Assembly: GCA_963845145.1 (NCBI GenBank)
Contig: CAWJQU010000005.1
Span: forward strand, 128,001-192,000
Direction of reading: 5' to 3'
Length of the DNA stretch: 64,000 nt
Source: an uncultured delta proteobacterium
Lineage (GTDB): Bacteria > Desulfobacterota > Desulfobacteria > Desulfobacterales > QNYZ01
The notes beneath the pieces are model-generated. The model searched no databases and was not told the DNA's origin. It worked only from the letters and a program-made list of their open reading frames with translations. Both the position numbers and the translations under genes were made by a program. Positions 20,834 to 31,763 of the stretch are shown here, one piece after another (the first letter of the stretch is position 1; each line of letters begins with the position of its first letter).

Positions 20834-22972
20834 ACGGTAACCCCTTTGGCTTTTAAGGTCTCGACCACTTCGGGAAAGTCGATGCCCAGGCGTTTAACGG
20901 TAGCCAGCGTGGGGATCCCATCTTCGTTCCATCCCCGTCGTTTGTAAACCACGCCTTTTAAGTTATCGTAATCTTCTTCTCGTATTTTCCGTAAAACCGC
21001 TATTTTTTCGCTGGTCTTCATTTCCGATATATCAACGTTATGGATCTCTTTGAGCTGGGTATCGTAACGTTCTTGGCGAGATTCATATTCATCAGCAGTA
21101 ACCGGCCCCATGGCCCGGTAAGGCAGTACATCATGCTCCCGGCGACCGAAACCCATTCTCAAATTAAAAACGCGTTGAAAATTATAGACCGCTTCACTCA
21201 TAGCGATCAGGTCTTCAGGCTTGCTGACCCGTCCCGTCACTGCGCTGAAATATTGGGCATACCAATTCACATGTTTCATTACCTTGGCCGGTTCTGCAGT
21301 CTCCTTGTTATCTTCGGGCACAACATCGTTCCAGGGCAACTTGCACAGCCCGCACAGGCTAAACCAGGTACGCCACATGGGAAACCAGTGCAGATTTTCG
21401 GCCTTTTGCTCAAAGGTCGGCATGAAGTTGTGGACCATGTCGAGAAAAATCAGCCAGGCTTCATCATGCTGGGGCCCTTTTAACGCCAGGCCATACCCAC
21501 CTTGCTGGGCCAGGGACTCCTTGGTCATGTATTCTGAAAATTCCAACCCTTTGGACTCCATGCCGATATCTTGTAAAATGTTGGGGTCGGCCCCATATTC
21601 TTCGGCAAAGATCTGTTTCATACGCCGAATGCCCTGGCCGGCAATTTTACCGAACCCCTCGCCCCGGCCCATCTGGTGCAACAGTTCCATCGCATTGGCC
21701 CGCTGCCCGAAAGGAAGGGCCAGACCGCCGGTATGGGTGTCATTGATAAGCCCCATTTCATAGCATTCCATCACAAAGGCGATTCCTGTACCGACGCTGA
21801 TGGTATCCAGTCCGTAATTATCGCAATAAAAATTGATCTCCAGAATGGTGAAGGGGTCGAAAATTCCCAGGTTTGACCCGCACCCGGCAATGGTTTCGTA
21901 CTCGGGTCCGTCAACAAATACCGGTTGACCCTTATACGGCCCGGTTAGCGGGCACGAAATCTTTCACCCCATGCGAGCACCCAACCGTGCACCCTTTCCA
22001 ACATCCGTCAAAGCCGGGATCAAACAGGTGTTGATAAACATCCCGGCCAATAAGCTCCGACTGGGGATGACGCCCGTAGCGGAAGTTGTTCACCGGCAGA
22101 CAATCATGATCGTTCATGATGGGCACCAGGTGGGTAGTGCCGATTCGAGCCATTTCGTTTTGCTTCGGATCCAGCGCAACGATCTCCTTGGAATAGCTTT
22201 TACCCACCGCCTTGGCAGCTTCCGGGTCGGCCGGGTGATTCACATCCATCGGGACCTTGCCCCAGCGTGCGACAACGGCCACAATGCCCTTATCGGCAAA
22301 GACCGTGCCGATCCCGCCACGGCCGGCCTGCTTGTAGCGGGCCCGTTTCCGTTTGGTATCGTACCATGAAAAATTGAGGCAACCGAACAACGTATGCCGG
22401 GCGCCGGGCCCAGTGCATACAACGGATATATTAGCCGGCTTTCCCTGACCGAAATGGTCGGTCATTTCCATGGCGATCGAATAGGCATCGTCCGGGAGAT
22501 TATCGGCGGCCAACAATTGGATCTTGCCTTCAATCCCATCAATGAAAACGATCGTTTTTTTATCTGTTTTACCCGTCATTCGAAGGGCGTCAAAACCGGA
22601 AAATTTCAGATACGGTCCGAAATACCCTCCCACGTTGGAGTCCACCGGCATATGGGTAAGGGGTGAGATGGTGGTCACAATGCTCTTTCCCGAACCGGGA
22701 TAGGAAGGCGTTCCCCCCATGGGCCCGGAAGCGATGCAGATGGCATTTTCCGGATCGTTCCAGCGGGTGGTCTCGGTCACCGCCTGCCATAAAAGCCATA
22801 GGTCAAACCCTTTTCCACCGATGAATTTTTCTTTCATTACATCGCTTACCGGCACCAGGTTGATGGTTGCCGAGGTCAGATCGATTTGCAGGGTTTGGCC
22901 CGCATAGCCTCGATCAATTTCGGGACGCTCGTAACGTATCGCTGCCGTTTCTCGAAAGTTAAAATCAGCCAT
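20830..22972 (-). pseudogene. aor: Tungsten/molybdenum aldehyde:ferredoxin oxidoreductase family protein, frameshifted at about 21950
   Basis: FIGGKG, SNVGG, AGRGGIG in the N-terminal ORF; GLCKLPW, KRRGW in the C-terminal ORF; removing one C (GTG CCC GCT) gives FVPLTGPYKGQPVFVDGPEYE in one frame. Confidence 0.88.
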
Positions 22973-23296
22973 GAAACTATCTCCTTATTTAAAGCCGGTA
23001 CCCATCATATGTGTCGCATACATGGATCAAACAAATGGATCAAACAAAGGCTAAAATAGCCTGTGTGAATATAGATGCAAGGAGTTTATCATTTAACCCC
23101 CGGCACTTCAATGTTGGCGGCAGGCAGGAAATCCCAACCCAAATTTCAGCATTCATTTTGCAGGTATTGACCTTCGGTTGATAATCGGGTAGCGTTTATT
23201 CGTCAACCACCCACCAACCGATAGTATATTATTTATTTCAGTTAGTTATTTTATGAACCCAACCATCAAAGCCACGCATTCTAACAGGAACCCGCC

Positions 23297-24127
23297 ATGT
23301 ATCCAGACCTGAAAGGAAAGACCGCACTGATAACCGGTGCCGGGAAAGAGACCGGAATCGGATATGCCATTGCCCACCGGCTTGCGGCAGACGGCAGCGC
23401 TGTTATTATCGCCGACCTCGCCGGTAAAACAGATGACCCGCTGGTATCAGGCGATGGAGAGAAGATGACACGCCTGGCAGCGGAGCTGTCCACTACTTAC
23501 GGCATTAAAGCGTTAGCCGTTGAGTTGGATGTAACCCGGGCCGCCTCCATCGACCGAATGGTCGCCAAGGTAACCGATAACTTTAACCGGATTGATATCC
23601 TTTGCAATAACGCCGGAACGGTTTTCGGCGTTCCCAATGCGGTCCATACCTATGATGAGACAGCCTGGATGAAAACCATCGATGTCAATCTGCATGGCGT
23701 TTATCGCGTCTCCAAAGCTGTGGTTCCGTTGATGCCCAAAACAGGCGGCAGCATTATCAACAGCGCTTCCCAGGCAGCCAAAAAACCGCCGCTTTTCAAT
23801 GGTGCTTATGCTGTGGCCAAGGCCGGCGTCCTCATGATGACGAAAGTGATGGCCTTGGAATTGGCGGGTGCCGGTATTCGCGTCAATGCCATCTGCCCGG
23901 GCGTCATCAAGACGGATTTTACACGCTGGCGTTTTGAACTGGAAGCCGAGTTTCTAAACGCCACCCCGGAAGAACGTGAATCGATAAAGCGTGGTGAAAT
24001 TCCATTGGGACGGCTCGGCACGGTTGAGGAAGTGGCCGACTTAGTGGCTTTTCTCTCTTCATCGGCATCCGCTTACATTACCGGCCAGGCGGTCAATATT
24101 ACGGGCGGACAGTTGATGGAGGTCTAA
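23297..24127 (+). CDS. SDR-family NAD(P)-dependent oxidoreductase
   Basis: TGAGKETGIG, NNAG, YAVAK catalytic motif, VNAICPG, ITGQ. Confidence 0.93.
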   Translation: MYPDLKGKTALITGAGKETGIGYAIAHRLAADGSAVIIADLAGKTDDPLVSGDGEKMTRLAAELSTTYGIKALAVELDVTRAASIDRMVAKVTDNFNRIDILCNNAGTVFGVPNAVHTYDETAWMKTIDVNLHGVYRVSKAVVPLMPKTGGSIINSASQAAKKPPLFNGAYAVAKAGVLMMTKVMALELAGAGIRVNAICPGVIKTDFTRWRFELEAEFLNATPEERESIKRGEIPLGRLGTVEEVADLVAFLSSSASAYITGQAVNITGGQLMEV

Positions 24128-24221
24128 GCAGCCAGTTTGGAAACAGGCTAAAATCTATAAAAAGATGAAAAAATAGATTGCGTTTTAATATCATCGAAAC
24201 CTGAAGCGACAGGAGCAGACC

Positions 24222-25994
24222 ATGTCTGAAATAATCGGGGCAGAAATAACCGGGGCTGAAACAACCGGGGCTAAAATAACCGGCGGAGAGTTATTGTTAA
24301 AGTGTCTGCATGCCGAGGGTATCCGACATATCCATGCCATCACCGATGGAACGTACATGATGGTCATTGAGGCCATCGAACGGTTGGGAGATGAACTCGG
24401 CATAAAACTTATTGTTCCCCGTCATGAAGCCGCTGCCGCCCATGCCTGTGACGCCTATACGCGTATAACCGGTGAACCGGCGGTGGTCATGGCTTGCGCC
24501 GGCCCCGGGGCCGCCAACCTGATCTCAGGGCTTCTATGTGCCCAGGCGGAGGGAAGTCCGGTGATCGCCATCACCACGACCCGCCGCAGTGAAATTGCCG
24601 ACGCCTATATGCACCAAGGCGGCATGCAGGTCAGCCATCACCTCGACATCTTCCGACCGGCTGTAAAATGGAACGGCAAGGTTGATCACTGGCACCGTAT
24701 TCCGGACATGGTGCGCCATGCCTTTCGGGTGGCCACCTCCGGCCGACCCGGTCCGACCCATCTTTTAATTCCGGAAGACATCATCAGCCAAAAAGAAGAA
24801 AAAGAGCCGGTCAGTATTTATGTGCCGCAAAAATATCGGCTAACCAAAGGTCTGCCGGCCAATCCTGACGATGTTCACTCGGCAGCCAAGATGCTGGTTG
24901 AAGCGGACCTGGTCAATATTCACTGCGGGAATGGCGCCGAACGTTCCGGGGCCGGGCCGGAGGTCCAGGCTCTGGCCGAATATCTGGGATGTCCGGTCAC
25001 GGCGACCATTCGCGCCCGCGGGATCGTTGCCGATGATCATGAACTCGTTTTTCATCCGACCTGCATGTCACGCATCGCCGCCAATGGGCAGGCCGACCTG
25101 GTCCTGGCCGTGGGAACCCGGCTTGGGGAGCTCAATATGTGGGGGCGCCCCCCTATGTTCGGCGAACCGGACAATCAGGGTCTGATCCAGATTGACGCGG
25201 ACCCAATCAGTATCGGCCTGAACCGTCCGGTGGATATGCCGCTGGTAGGCGACGCCAAAAAAGTATTGATCCAAATATTGGCGGCGGTCAAAACCCTGAC
25301 CCAAAAACGTGAACCCCATGCCAAAGTAGCCGAATACCGCGCTATTCAGGATGATTGGCAAGCGGAGCTGGATAAGACCGTGGCCGATACAACGTTAAAG
25401 CCGATGTTGACAGGCCAAATTCTGAAAGTGTGCAACAATTTTTTCGATGAAGACGCCATATTTGTCATGGACGGAGGTAATACAACCCTTTGGGATATTC
25501 ACTATCATATCGCCCGAAAGCAGCGCTCCGTACTTTATTCCATGAATTACGGTCACCTCGGCACCGGGTTGCCATATGCCATCGGTGCCAAACTGGCCGC
25601 CCCGGAGCGAATGGTCTATTGTGTCACCGGTGATAGCGCCTTTGGATTCAATATACAGGAACTTGAAACGGCGGTTCGCAACCAGTTACCGGTCATTATG
25701 ATTGTGGCTGTTGATGGGGCGTACGGCATGGAAAAAAGTGCTCAGCTGCGTCAGTTTGGTCGTGAAGCCGACTGGTTCGGACACGACCATGCCCCGGTCC
25801 GATACGATCAGGTGGGCGTCGCCATGGGATGCCACGGTGAGTATGTGGAAACCGCCGACGACATCCTGCCGGCCCTCGAACGGTCGGCCGCATCGGGCAA
25901 GCCGGCCGTCATTCATGCCGTTGTGGATCCTGAAGCCAATGTCGACCCGCCGGGGGGCTGGCTCTGGGCGGCCGCACGTACCGGCAAGATGTAA
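24222..25994 (+). CDS. ThDP-dependent enzyme (acetolactate synthase / 2-hydroxyacyl-CoA lyase superfamily)
   Basis: RHEAAA, GPGAAN, SGRPGP, GDSAFG ThDP motif; no regulatory ilvH/ilvN nearby. Confidence 0.9.
   Translation: MSEIIGAEITGAETTGAKITGGELLLKCLHAEGIRHIHAITDGTYMMVIEAIERLGDELGIKLIVPRHEAAAAHACDAYTRITGEPAVVMACAGPGAANLISGLLCAQAEGSPVIAITTTRRSEIADAYMHQGGMQVSHHLDIFRPAVKWNGKVDHWHRIPDMVRHAFRVATSGRPGPTHLLIPEDIISQKEEKEPVSIYVPQKYRLTKGLPANPDDVHSAAKMLVEADLVNIHCGNGAERSGAGPEVQALAEYLGCPVTATIRARGIVADDHELVFHPTCMSRIAANGQADLVLAVGTRLGELNMWGRPPMFGEPDNQGLIQIDADPISIGLNRPVDMPLVGDAKKVLIQILAAVKTLTQKREPHAKVAEYRAIQDDWQAELDKTVADTTLKPMLTGQILKVCNNFFDEDAIFVMDGGNTTLWDIHYHIARKQRSVLYSMNYGHLGTGLPYAIGAKLAAPERMVYCVTGDSAFGFNIQELETAVRNQLPVIMIVAVDGAYGMEKSAQLRQFGREADWFGHDHAPVRYDQVGVAMGCHGEYVETADDILPALERSAASGKPAVIHAVVDPEANVDPPGGWLWAAARTGKM
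24228..24287 (+). repeat. In-frame 15-bp tandem repeat x4 (EIIGA-EITGA-ETTGA-KITGG)
   Basis: GAAATAATCGGGGCA GAAATAACCGGGGCT GAAACAACCGGGGCT AAAATAACCGGCGGA. Confidence 0.85.
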
Positions 25995-26031
25995 ACCCGT
26001 AATTCATAGCCAAAGGCCGGTAGGAGGGAAT

Positions 26032-26952
26032 ATGCCACCGGAAGTTATCGACCAGGTCCGGCTCAACTTTAGCCAGCAGGATCTTTTCCTCATCAATGCC
26101 GCCATCGGCCTGATGATGCTCGGGGTGGCCATTGACCTTAAATTAAGTGATTTCAAACGCATCCTGTTGGCCCCCAAAGCCCCCCTTATCGGTCTGGCAG
26201 CCCAGTTTATTCTTCTGCCGTTTTTCACCTTTCTGCTGACATTAATGATCAAACCTCAGCCCTCCATTGCCCTGGGAATGATACTGGTGGCGGCCTGCCC
26301 GGGCGGAAATCTATCGAACCTCATGACCTATCTGGCCAAAGGTAATTGTGCCATCTCCATCAGCATGACCGCCGTTTCCACCGCAGCGGCTGTCGTTATG
26401 ACACCGCTGAACCTGGCCCTATGGGGGAACCTGAATCCGGCCACCGCCCGGATTCTGCAAAAAGTGAGTTTAAATCCGATGGATCTGTTTATAACGATCT
26501 TTCTCATCCTGGGAATTCCGTTGGCCATCGGCATGATTTTATCCAAAATATTTCCCGGCATGGCCGATAAGGTCCGCAATCCCTTCAAAATTTTCACCCT
26601 GATATTTTTCATTCTTCTCGTTTTGGGCGCCCTGGCCGCTAACTGGCAGATATTCCTGGATGTCATCGGGCTGGTTATTCTCGCCGTATTCATCCATAAC
26701 GCACTCGCCCTGAACATTGGTTACTGGTCGAGTCGACTACTCGGTTTGGTCGAGCAAGATTCACGGGCCGTGGCCATCGAAGTCGGTATTCAAAATTCGG
26801 CTTTGGGCCTGGTCCTGGTGTTTAATTTTTTTGATGGTCTGGGTGGCATGGCCATTCTGGTGGGTTGGTGGGGAATCTGGCACATCATCGCAGGCCTGAT
26901 CGTGGCCTTTATTTTTACCCGGCGACCACTCCCCGAAAATGCGCCGGCTTAA
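26032..26952 (+). CDS. Bile acid:sodium symporter (BASS) family transporter
   Basis: AQFILLP, CPGGNLSN, EVGIQNS; ATG 26032 follows AGGAGG (ORF track start 25702 is over-extended). Confidence 0.92.
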   Translation: MPPEVIDQVRLNFSQQDLFLINAAIGLMMLGVAIDLKLSDFKRILLAPKAPLIGLAAQFILLPFFTFLLTLMIKPQPSIALGMILVAACPGGNLSNLMTYLAKGNCAISISMTAVSTAAAVVMTPLNLALWGNLNPATARILQKVSLNPMDLFITIFLILGIPLAIGMILSKIFPGMADKVRNPFKIFTLIFFILLVLGALAANWQIFLDVIGLVILAVFIHNALALNIGYWSSRLLGLVEQDSRAVAIEVGIQNSALGLVLVFNFFDGLGGMAILVGWWGIWHIIAGLIVAFIFTRRPLPENAPA

Positions 26953-26978
26953 TCGGGCCGGTTTAATCGAGATAGTTG

Positions 26979-27789
26979 ATGAAGCACCTGTTTAAAAACA
27001 AAGTAGTTGCGATTACCGGCGGTGCCAGCGGCATTGGAAAAGCGTTGGGATATCAATTTGCGCAAAACGGCGCACAAGTCGGGCTGCTGGATCGCGATGA
27101 CTAAAGGTGTTAAATGTGGCGCACAGACCATGCGGAAAAACGGGCTTCAAGCCATCGGTATCCATTGTGATGTCACCGTGGAAGCCGACTGCCGTAGTGC
27201 GATGGATACTATTATCGAGACCTACGGCGGCATCGATGTATTGGTCAACAACGCGGGGATCACTCTAAGAGAAGCGTTCCTTAGGACCCGGATAAAGGCC
27301 TACCGAAAAGTAATGGAAGTTAATTTTTTCGGCGCGCTCAACTGCACCATGGCATCTATAGAGAACCTCGTGGCCCGCAAGGGAATGCTGATCGTCATTT
27401 CCAGCATCGCCGGGTTTTCACCGTTACCGGGAAGGAGTGGCTATTGTGCCAGCAAATACGCACTCCATGGTCTGTTTGAAACCTTACGGATCGAGCTCGA
27501 AAACAGTGGCGTGCACATTCTCATGGTTTGCCCCGCTTTTGTTAAAACGAACCTGCAGACAACGGCTTTAGGTGGCGATGGCCAGGTGACCACCCGTATA
27601 CAATCGCTAACAGGAAAGCCGGAAACCGCGGAACGGACGGCCAAACGTATTTATCAAGCGGCGCTTAAAGGAGAAAAACAACTGATTCCAACCCCCATGG
27701 GTCAGGTTGCCTATTGGGTCAGCCGCTTATTGCCCCAGGCCTATGCCCGTATTGTTTCCCGAAAATTCAGATCCGAATTGATTTTCTGA
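26979..27789 (+). pseudogene. SDR-family oxidoreductase frameshifted at about 27100
   Basis: ATG 26979 frame gives MKHLFKNKVVAITGGASGIG to TAA 27102-27104; +1 frame continues with CDV, NNAG, YCASK. Confidence 0.85.
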
Positions 27790-27856
27790 CTTGTATCAAT
27801 TCGGGCATGTGGTTATTATAACAATGATTACGACCAACCCATAACCCCTGGTTGAC

Positions 27857-29068
27857 ATGATGTTTCTAAAAATATTTTCGCACATTCGAATTCAGGATCT
27901 GGTGGATGTCTTTTTCCTGTCAATCGTCACGTACCATTTGTACTTGTGGTTCAAGGGGACCAAAGCGTTAAAGGCACTGATCGGCCTGATGGCCCTGGGC
28001 GGTATCTTCACCATTGCACAAACCTGGGGCCTTTTTCTGACCACCTGGGTTTTTCAGATCCTGTGGCAGGTCTTAATCATCCTCTTGATCATCCTGTTCC
28101 AACCGGAAATTCGTCAAGTTCTGGAAAAAGTTAATCCTTTTCAAGGATATGATTGGCGCAATAACGCCAACACGGCGGGCTGGATTGAAGACCTTACCGA
28201 GTCCTGTTTTCGGATGGGAAGACGGGGCATCGGCGCGCTGGTGATTATTGAGCGTTCTGACCGGGTGGACGAGCTGCTGACAGGGGGTATTTCGGTTGAG
28301 GGAGCGCCTAAGCCTGAACTGCTGCTTAGTATTTTCAACAAAGAATCGCCACTGCATGACGGTGCCGTCATTATACGAAATGGAAAAGTGGTTTCAGCGG
28401 CAAACTACCTTCCATTGACATCCACTGAAGATATTCCGCACGCATGGGGGACCCGGCATCGTGCTGCTTTGGGACTGATAGAGAAAAGTGATGCCTGGGT
28501 GGTGGTGGTATCTGAAGAACGCTGGGAAGTTTCCCTGGCTCGAGACGGGCATGTCGGTAGTCTCGAAGGGCCGGAAAGCCTGATATCTGCCCTTAATGAT
28601 TCCATAACAACCGATAGATCACCTAAAAAAGGTTTGTTGGATCACTTCCGACAGTTATTAACCCAACGCTGGCCCATAAAACTTGGGATCTTTGCGCTAG
28701 TCGGTTTTGTCTGGTTGATATTTGCCGGGCAGCAGGACTTTGAAGTCAACTTTGAAGTCCCCGTGCAGATTGAAAACCTGCCGTCGAAATTTGAGATCAT
28801 CGAACCCCCCAAACCGACGGTATCACTTACTGCCCGGGGGCTTCGCAAAGACGCAAGTACCCTTTCGCAACGCAATGTGGGCATCAAGCTGGACCTGTCC
28901 CTGGCCAACCAAAACCGCAATACGTTTCGAATCACGCCTTATCATATAACCTTGCCCAATGACCGAATAGACATTGTCAAAATAAAACCGGAATTTATTA
29001 CCTTCACGTTCTCCTTAAAAGAAGGCTCGCGCATCGAAATTCAAAAAGAAACGCCATCGCCCGATTGA
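27857..29068 (+). CDS. cdaA: Diadenylate cyclase CdaA fused to a YbbR (CdaR-like) domain
   Basis: Three N-terminal TMs, FQPEIR, HDGA and GTRHRAA catalytic motifs, VSEE; fourth TM and YbbR-like beta domain. Confidence 0.88.
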   Translation: MMFLKIFSHIRIQDLVDVFFLSIVTYHLYLWFKGTKALKALIGLMALGGIFTIAQTWGLFLTTWVFQILWQVLIILLIILFQPEIRQVLEKVNPFQGYDWRNNANTAGWIEDLTESCFRMGRRGIGALVIIERSDRVDELLTGGISVEGAPKPELLLSIFNKESPLHDGAVIIRNGKVVSAANYLPLTSTEDIPHAWGTRHRAALGLIEKSDAWVVVVSEERWEVSLARDGHVGSLEGPESLISALNDSITTDRSPKKGLLDHFRQLLTQRWPIKLGIFALVGFVWLIFAGQQDFEVNFEVPVQIENLPSKFEIIEPPKPTVSLTARGLRKDASTLSQRNVGIKLDLSLANQNRNTFRITPYHITLPNDRIDIVKIKPEFITFTFSLKEGSRIEIQKETPSPD

Positions 29069-29224
29069 TGAAAATTACCGTTTCTATTGCCACTCGATTT
29101 GATGATTTGACCCATCCGCACTACCCCCCTATTTCAAACTGGAGAGGGGTAATGACCCTTGGGGTGGGTGGAATATTGGCGACCTGGTGTGCTTTCTTTT
29201 TTGGTAAAAATCGGATTTAAATCA

Positions 29225-31753
29225 ATGCGGAAGAATGCCAAATATAAATTGCTTCTGCCGGCCTTTATTTTGTTCATAATCGGCATGGGATCGCTGTCCG
29301 CCATTGTTTATATCAATTCAAAAGAAGCGTTAATCAAGGCGGCTGAAGATCAGATGGTACAGATCGCCGGGTTGGCAAGAGAAAATGTCGATTTATGGAT
29401 AGACGAAATTCGAATGGCACTGGATAGCTGGAACGAACAGGACATTTTGAGAACAGCCACACGGGACGGATTTCTCGGAAAGGCGGCCAGGCGATCGGTT
29501 AATCGTGAGCTGGCTAAATATAAGGAAAAATATGGGTATTATGAGACCATCAGTCTCGCAAGTATCCAAGGCGTCATCATCGCCTCGTCAGACACACGGA
29601 CCATTGATAAAATATCATCTATCGATCAAAAATATTTAGCCCAATCCATGGATGACGGTCTTCAAACCCCTCGAGTGATAATAAGTCCGCTCAGTAAAAG
29701 GCCGGTATTCGTCATCGCCGGGCCTGTCAAAAGAGAGAACCAGGTCGTTGGCGTATTGTTTGCTACAGTGGTTATCGACGATTTTAAGAGACGTTTCGTG
29801 GACCCTATCAAAATCGGCGAAACGGGGTATGCCTTTATTTTTGACACAAAGGGGAATGTGTTTGTCCACCCAGACCCCCATGTCGTATTTGAAATGAATA
29901 TGACTGATTTCGACTTCGGCCGCCAAATGCTGGCAGAGGAAAACGGTGTTCTCAAAGCGAAATGGCCAGAAAAAGAAAGCCTAATCGTCTACCGGAAAAG
30001 CGCGGTAACCGGATGGATTATCGGTGTGAATGCACCCATCGATCAGTTATTCGCGCCCGTTAACCGCATCGGTCGGTTGAATATTTTTTTATGCGTGTTC
30101 ATTGTTACCTTAACCGGACTTGTCATTTACGTGGTCGCTAAAATGGGCATAATCGGAACCATTGATGGATTAATCAAAGCACGGGAAGCTGCCGAATCGG
30201 CCACCCGCGCGAAAAATAATTTTTTAGCGACCATGAGTCACGAAATTCGCACGCCCATGAATGCCATTATCGGAATGACGGATATGGTTTTGGCGACGGA
30301 GTTGAATCCAAAGCAACAAAAACATCTCGTTACCGCCAAAAAATCGGCCAACCACCTTTTAAATCTCATTAACAATATCCTTGATTTTTCCAAAATCGAA
30401 GCCCGCAAATTCAAACTCGAAAGCGTTCCTTTTGATCTCCCTTTACTTATTGAGGAGATCCGGTCGATCCTCGCTTATAAAGCGGAACGCAAAGGATTGA
30501 CGATCAAAAGTATCATCGATCGCCAAACGCCCAATTACTTAAGTGGTGATCCACAACGGTTGCGCCAGATTATTTTCAACCTGGTGAATAATGCCGTCAA
30601 ATTTACCGAGACCGGCGAAGTCAGAATTCGAGTCCAACCAGTGCCCGTCGGCAAAGATTCGATAGAAAACCGAACCAAGGTATTGTTTAGTATAGAGGAC
30701 TCCGGCCCGGGCATTCCGGCCGATAAGATCGAAACCATCTTTGACAGCTTCACCCAGCTGGACGGAAGCTATTCGCGCCGCCATGGGGGGACGGGGCTGG
30801 GACTGTCCATTTGTAGGGAATTGGTCCATCTCATGGGCGGCAAAATCACCTGCAACAGCACCGTCGGAGAGGGAAGCATCTTTTCCTTCAAAATACGTTT
30901 CAAATTGTCCACGTCCGATCAGGTTCACACCATTCGTTCTTGTGTTGAACCGCCATCTTCCGGGGATCCAGGCAACGCGTCAAAAAATCCGCTGAACATT
31001 CTCTTGGCGGATGATTTTGAAGTCAATCAGCAACTGATCACACCGATATTGGAAGAAAGAGGGCATCGTGTAAGACTTGTCGCCAATGGTGAGGAAGTAC
31101 TAAAAGCAGTAAACGAGGAGCACTTTGATCTTATTTTGATGGACGTGCAGATGCCGGTGATGGACGGCATCGAGGCCACCTGCCGACTTCGGCGGAATAA
31201 AAATCAAACGATCGCAACGATTCCCATTATCGCCATTACCGCCCATGCCCTTGTCGGCGATCGTGAAAAATTTATCCAATCGGGAATGGACGATTATGTG
31301 GCCAAACCCATCGACATGAAAATCCTGCTCAACGCCATCGCAAAGGTGACGCCCTATTGTTCTCCAGGCGACGTTCTACATGATTCTCCGCGTGGCCATT
31401 TGAAGATTGTTGACCTCGACTACGCCCTTCAACTCATGGATGGAGAGTTGGCGGTGTTAAAGGCAGCATGCCAAACAATGGTTAAAAAACTGCCTGGAAA
31501 AATAGCCGATCTCAAGGACGCTATCACTACCAAGGACAGCGCTAATGTCCGACGACTGTCCCATGGGCTAAAAGCCGCAGCAAAAAGCGTGGGAGCAGAT
31601 TCCGCTGCCGATACGGCGTTTCGCATGGAAACGCTGGCAACGGGCCCAGCCATGACTGAGACCATGGCTGAGGCCATAGAGCTGATGCCTGAATTGGATC
31701 AGGAATTCCATAAAGTAATCAAAGCACTAGATGAAACCCTATTTTTCTCATGA
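29225..31753 (+). CDS. Hybrid sensor histidine kinase (Cache, HisKA, HATPase, REC, HPt)
   Basis: IGETGYAFI Cache motif, MSHEIRTPMN, NAVKFT, GGTGLGL, LMDVQMP, HGLKAAA HPt; ATG 29225 preferred to TTG 29159. Confidence 0.92.
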   Translation: MRKNAKYKLLLPAFILFIIGMGSLSAIVYINSKEALIKAAEDQMVQIAGLARENVDLWIDEIRMALDSWNEQDILRTATRDGFLGKAARRSVNRELAKYKEKYGYYETISLASIQGVIIASSDTRTIDKISSIDQKYLAQSMDDGLQTPRVIISPLSKRPVFVIAGPVKRENQVVGVLFATVVIDDFKRRFVDPIKIGETGYAFIFDTKGNVFVHPDPHVVFEMNMTDFDFGRQMLAEENGVLKAKWPEKESLIVYRKSAVTGWIIGVNAPIDQLFAPVNRIGRLNIFLCVFIVTLTGLVIYVVAKMGIIGTIDGLIKAREAAESATRAKNNFLATMSHEIRTPMNAIIGMTDMVLATELNPKQQKHLVTAKKSANHLLNLINNILDFSKIEARKFKLESVPFDLPLLIEEIRSILAYKAERKGLTIKSIIDRQTPNYLSGDPQRLRQIIFNLVNNAVKFTETGEVRIRVQPVPVGKDSIENRTKVLFSIEDSGPGIPADKIETIFDSFTQLDGSYSRRHGGTGLGLSICRELVHLMGGKITCNSTVGEGSIFSFKIRFKLSTSDQVHTIRSCVEPPSSGDPGNASKNPLNILLADDFEVNQQLITPILEERGHRVRLVANGEEVLKAVNEEHFDLILMDVQMPVMDGIEATCRLRRNKNQTIATIPIIAITAHALVGDREKFIQSGMDDYVAKPIDMKILLNAIAKVTPYCSPGDVLHDSPRGHLKIVDLDYALQLMDGELAVLKAACQTMVKKLPGKIADLKDAITTKDSANVRRLSHGLKAAAKSVGADSAADTAFRMETLATGPAMTETMAEAIELMPELDQEFHKVIKALDETLFFS

Positions 31754-31763
31754 AAGGTGGACG

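Noticed and set aside
23022..23048. 13-bp tandem duplication ATGGATCAAACAA upstream of aor
   Set aside because: Only two copies; no evidence of function beyond slippage
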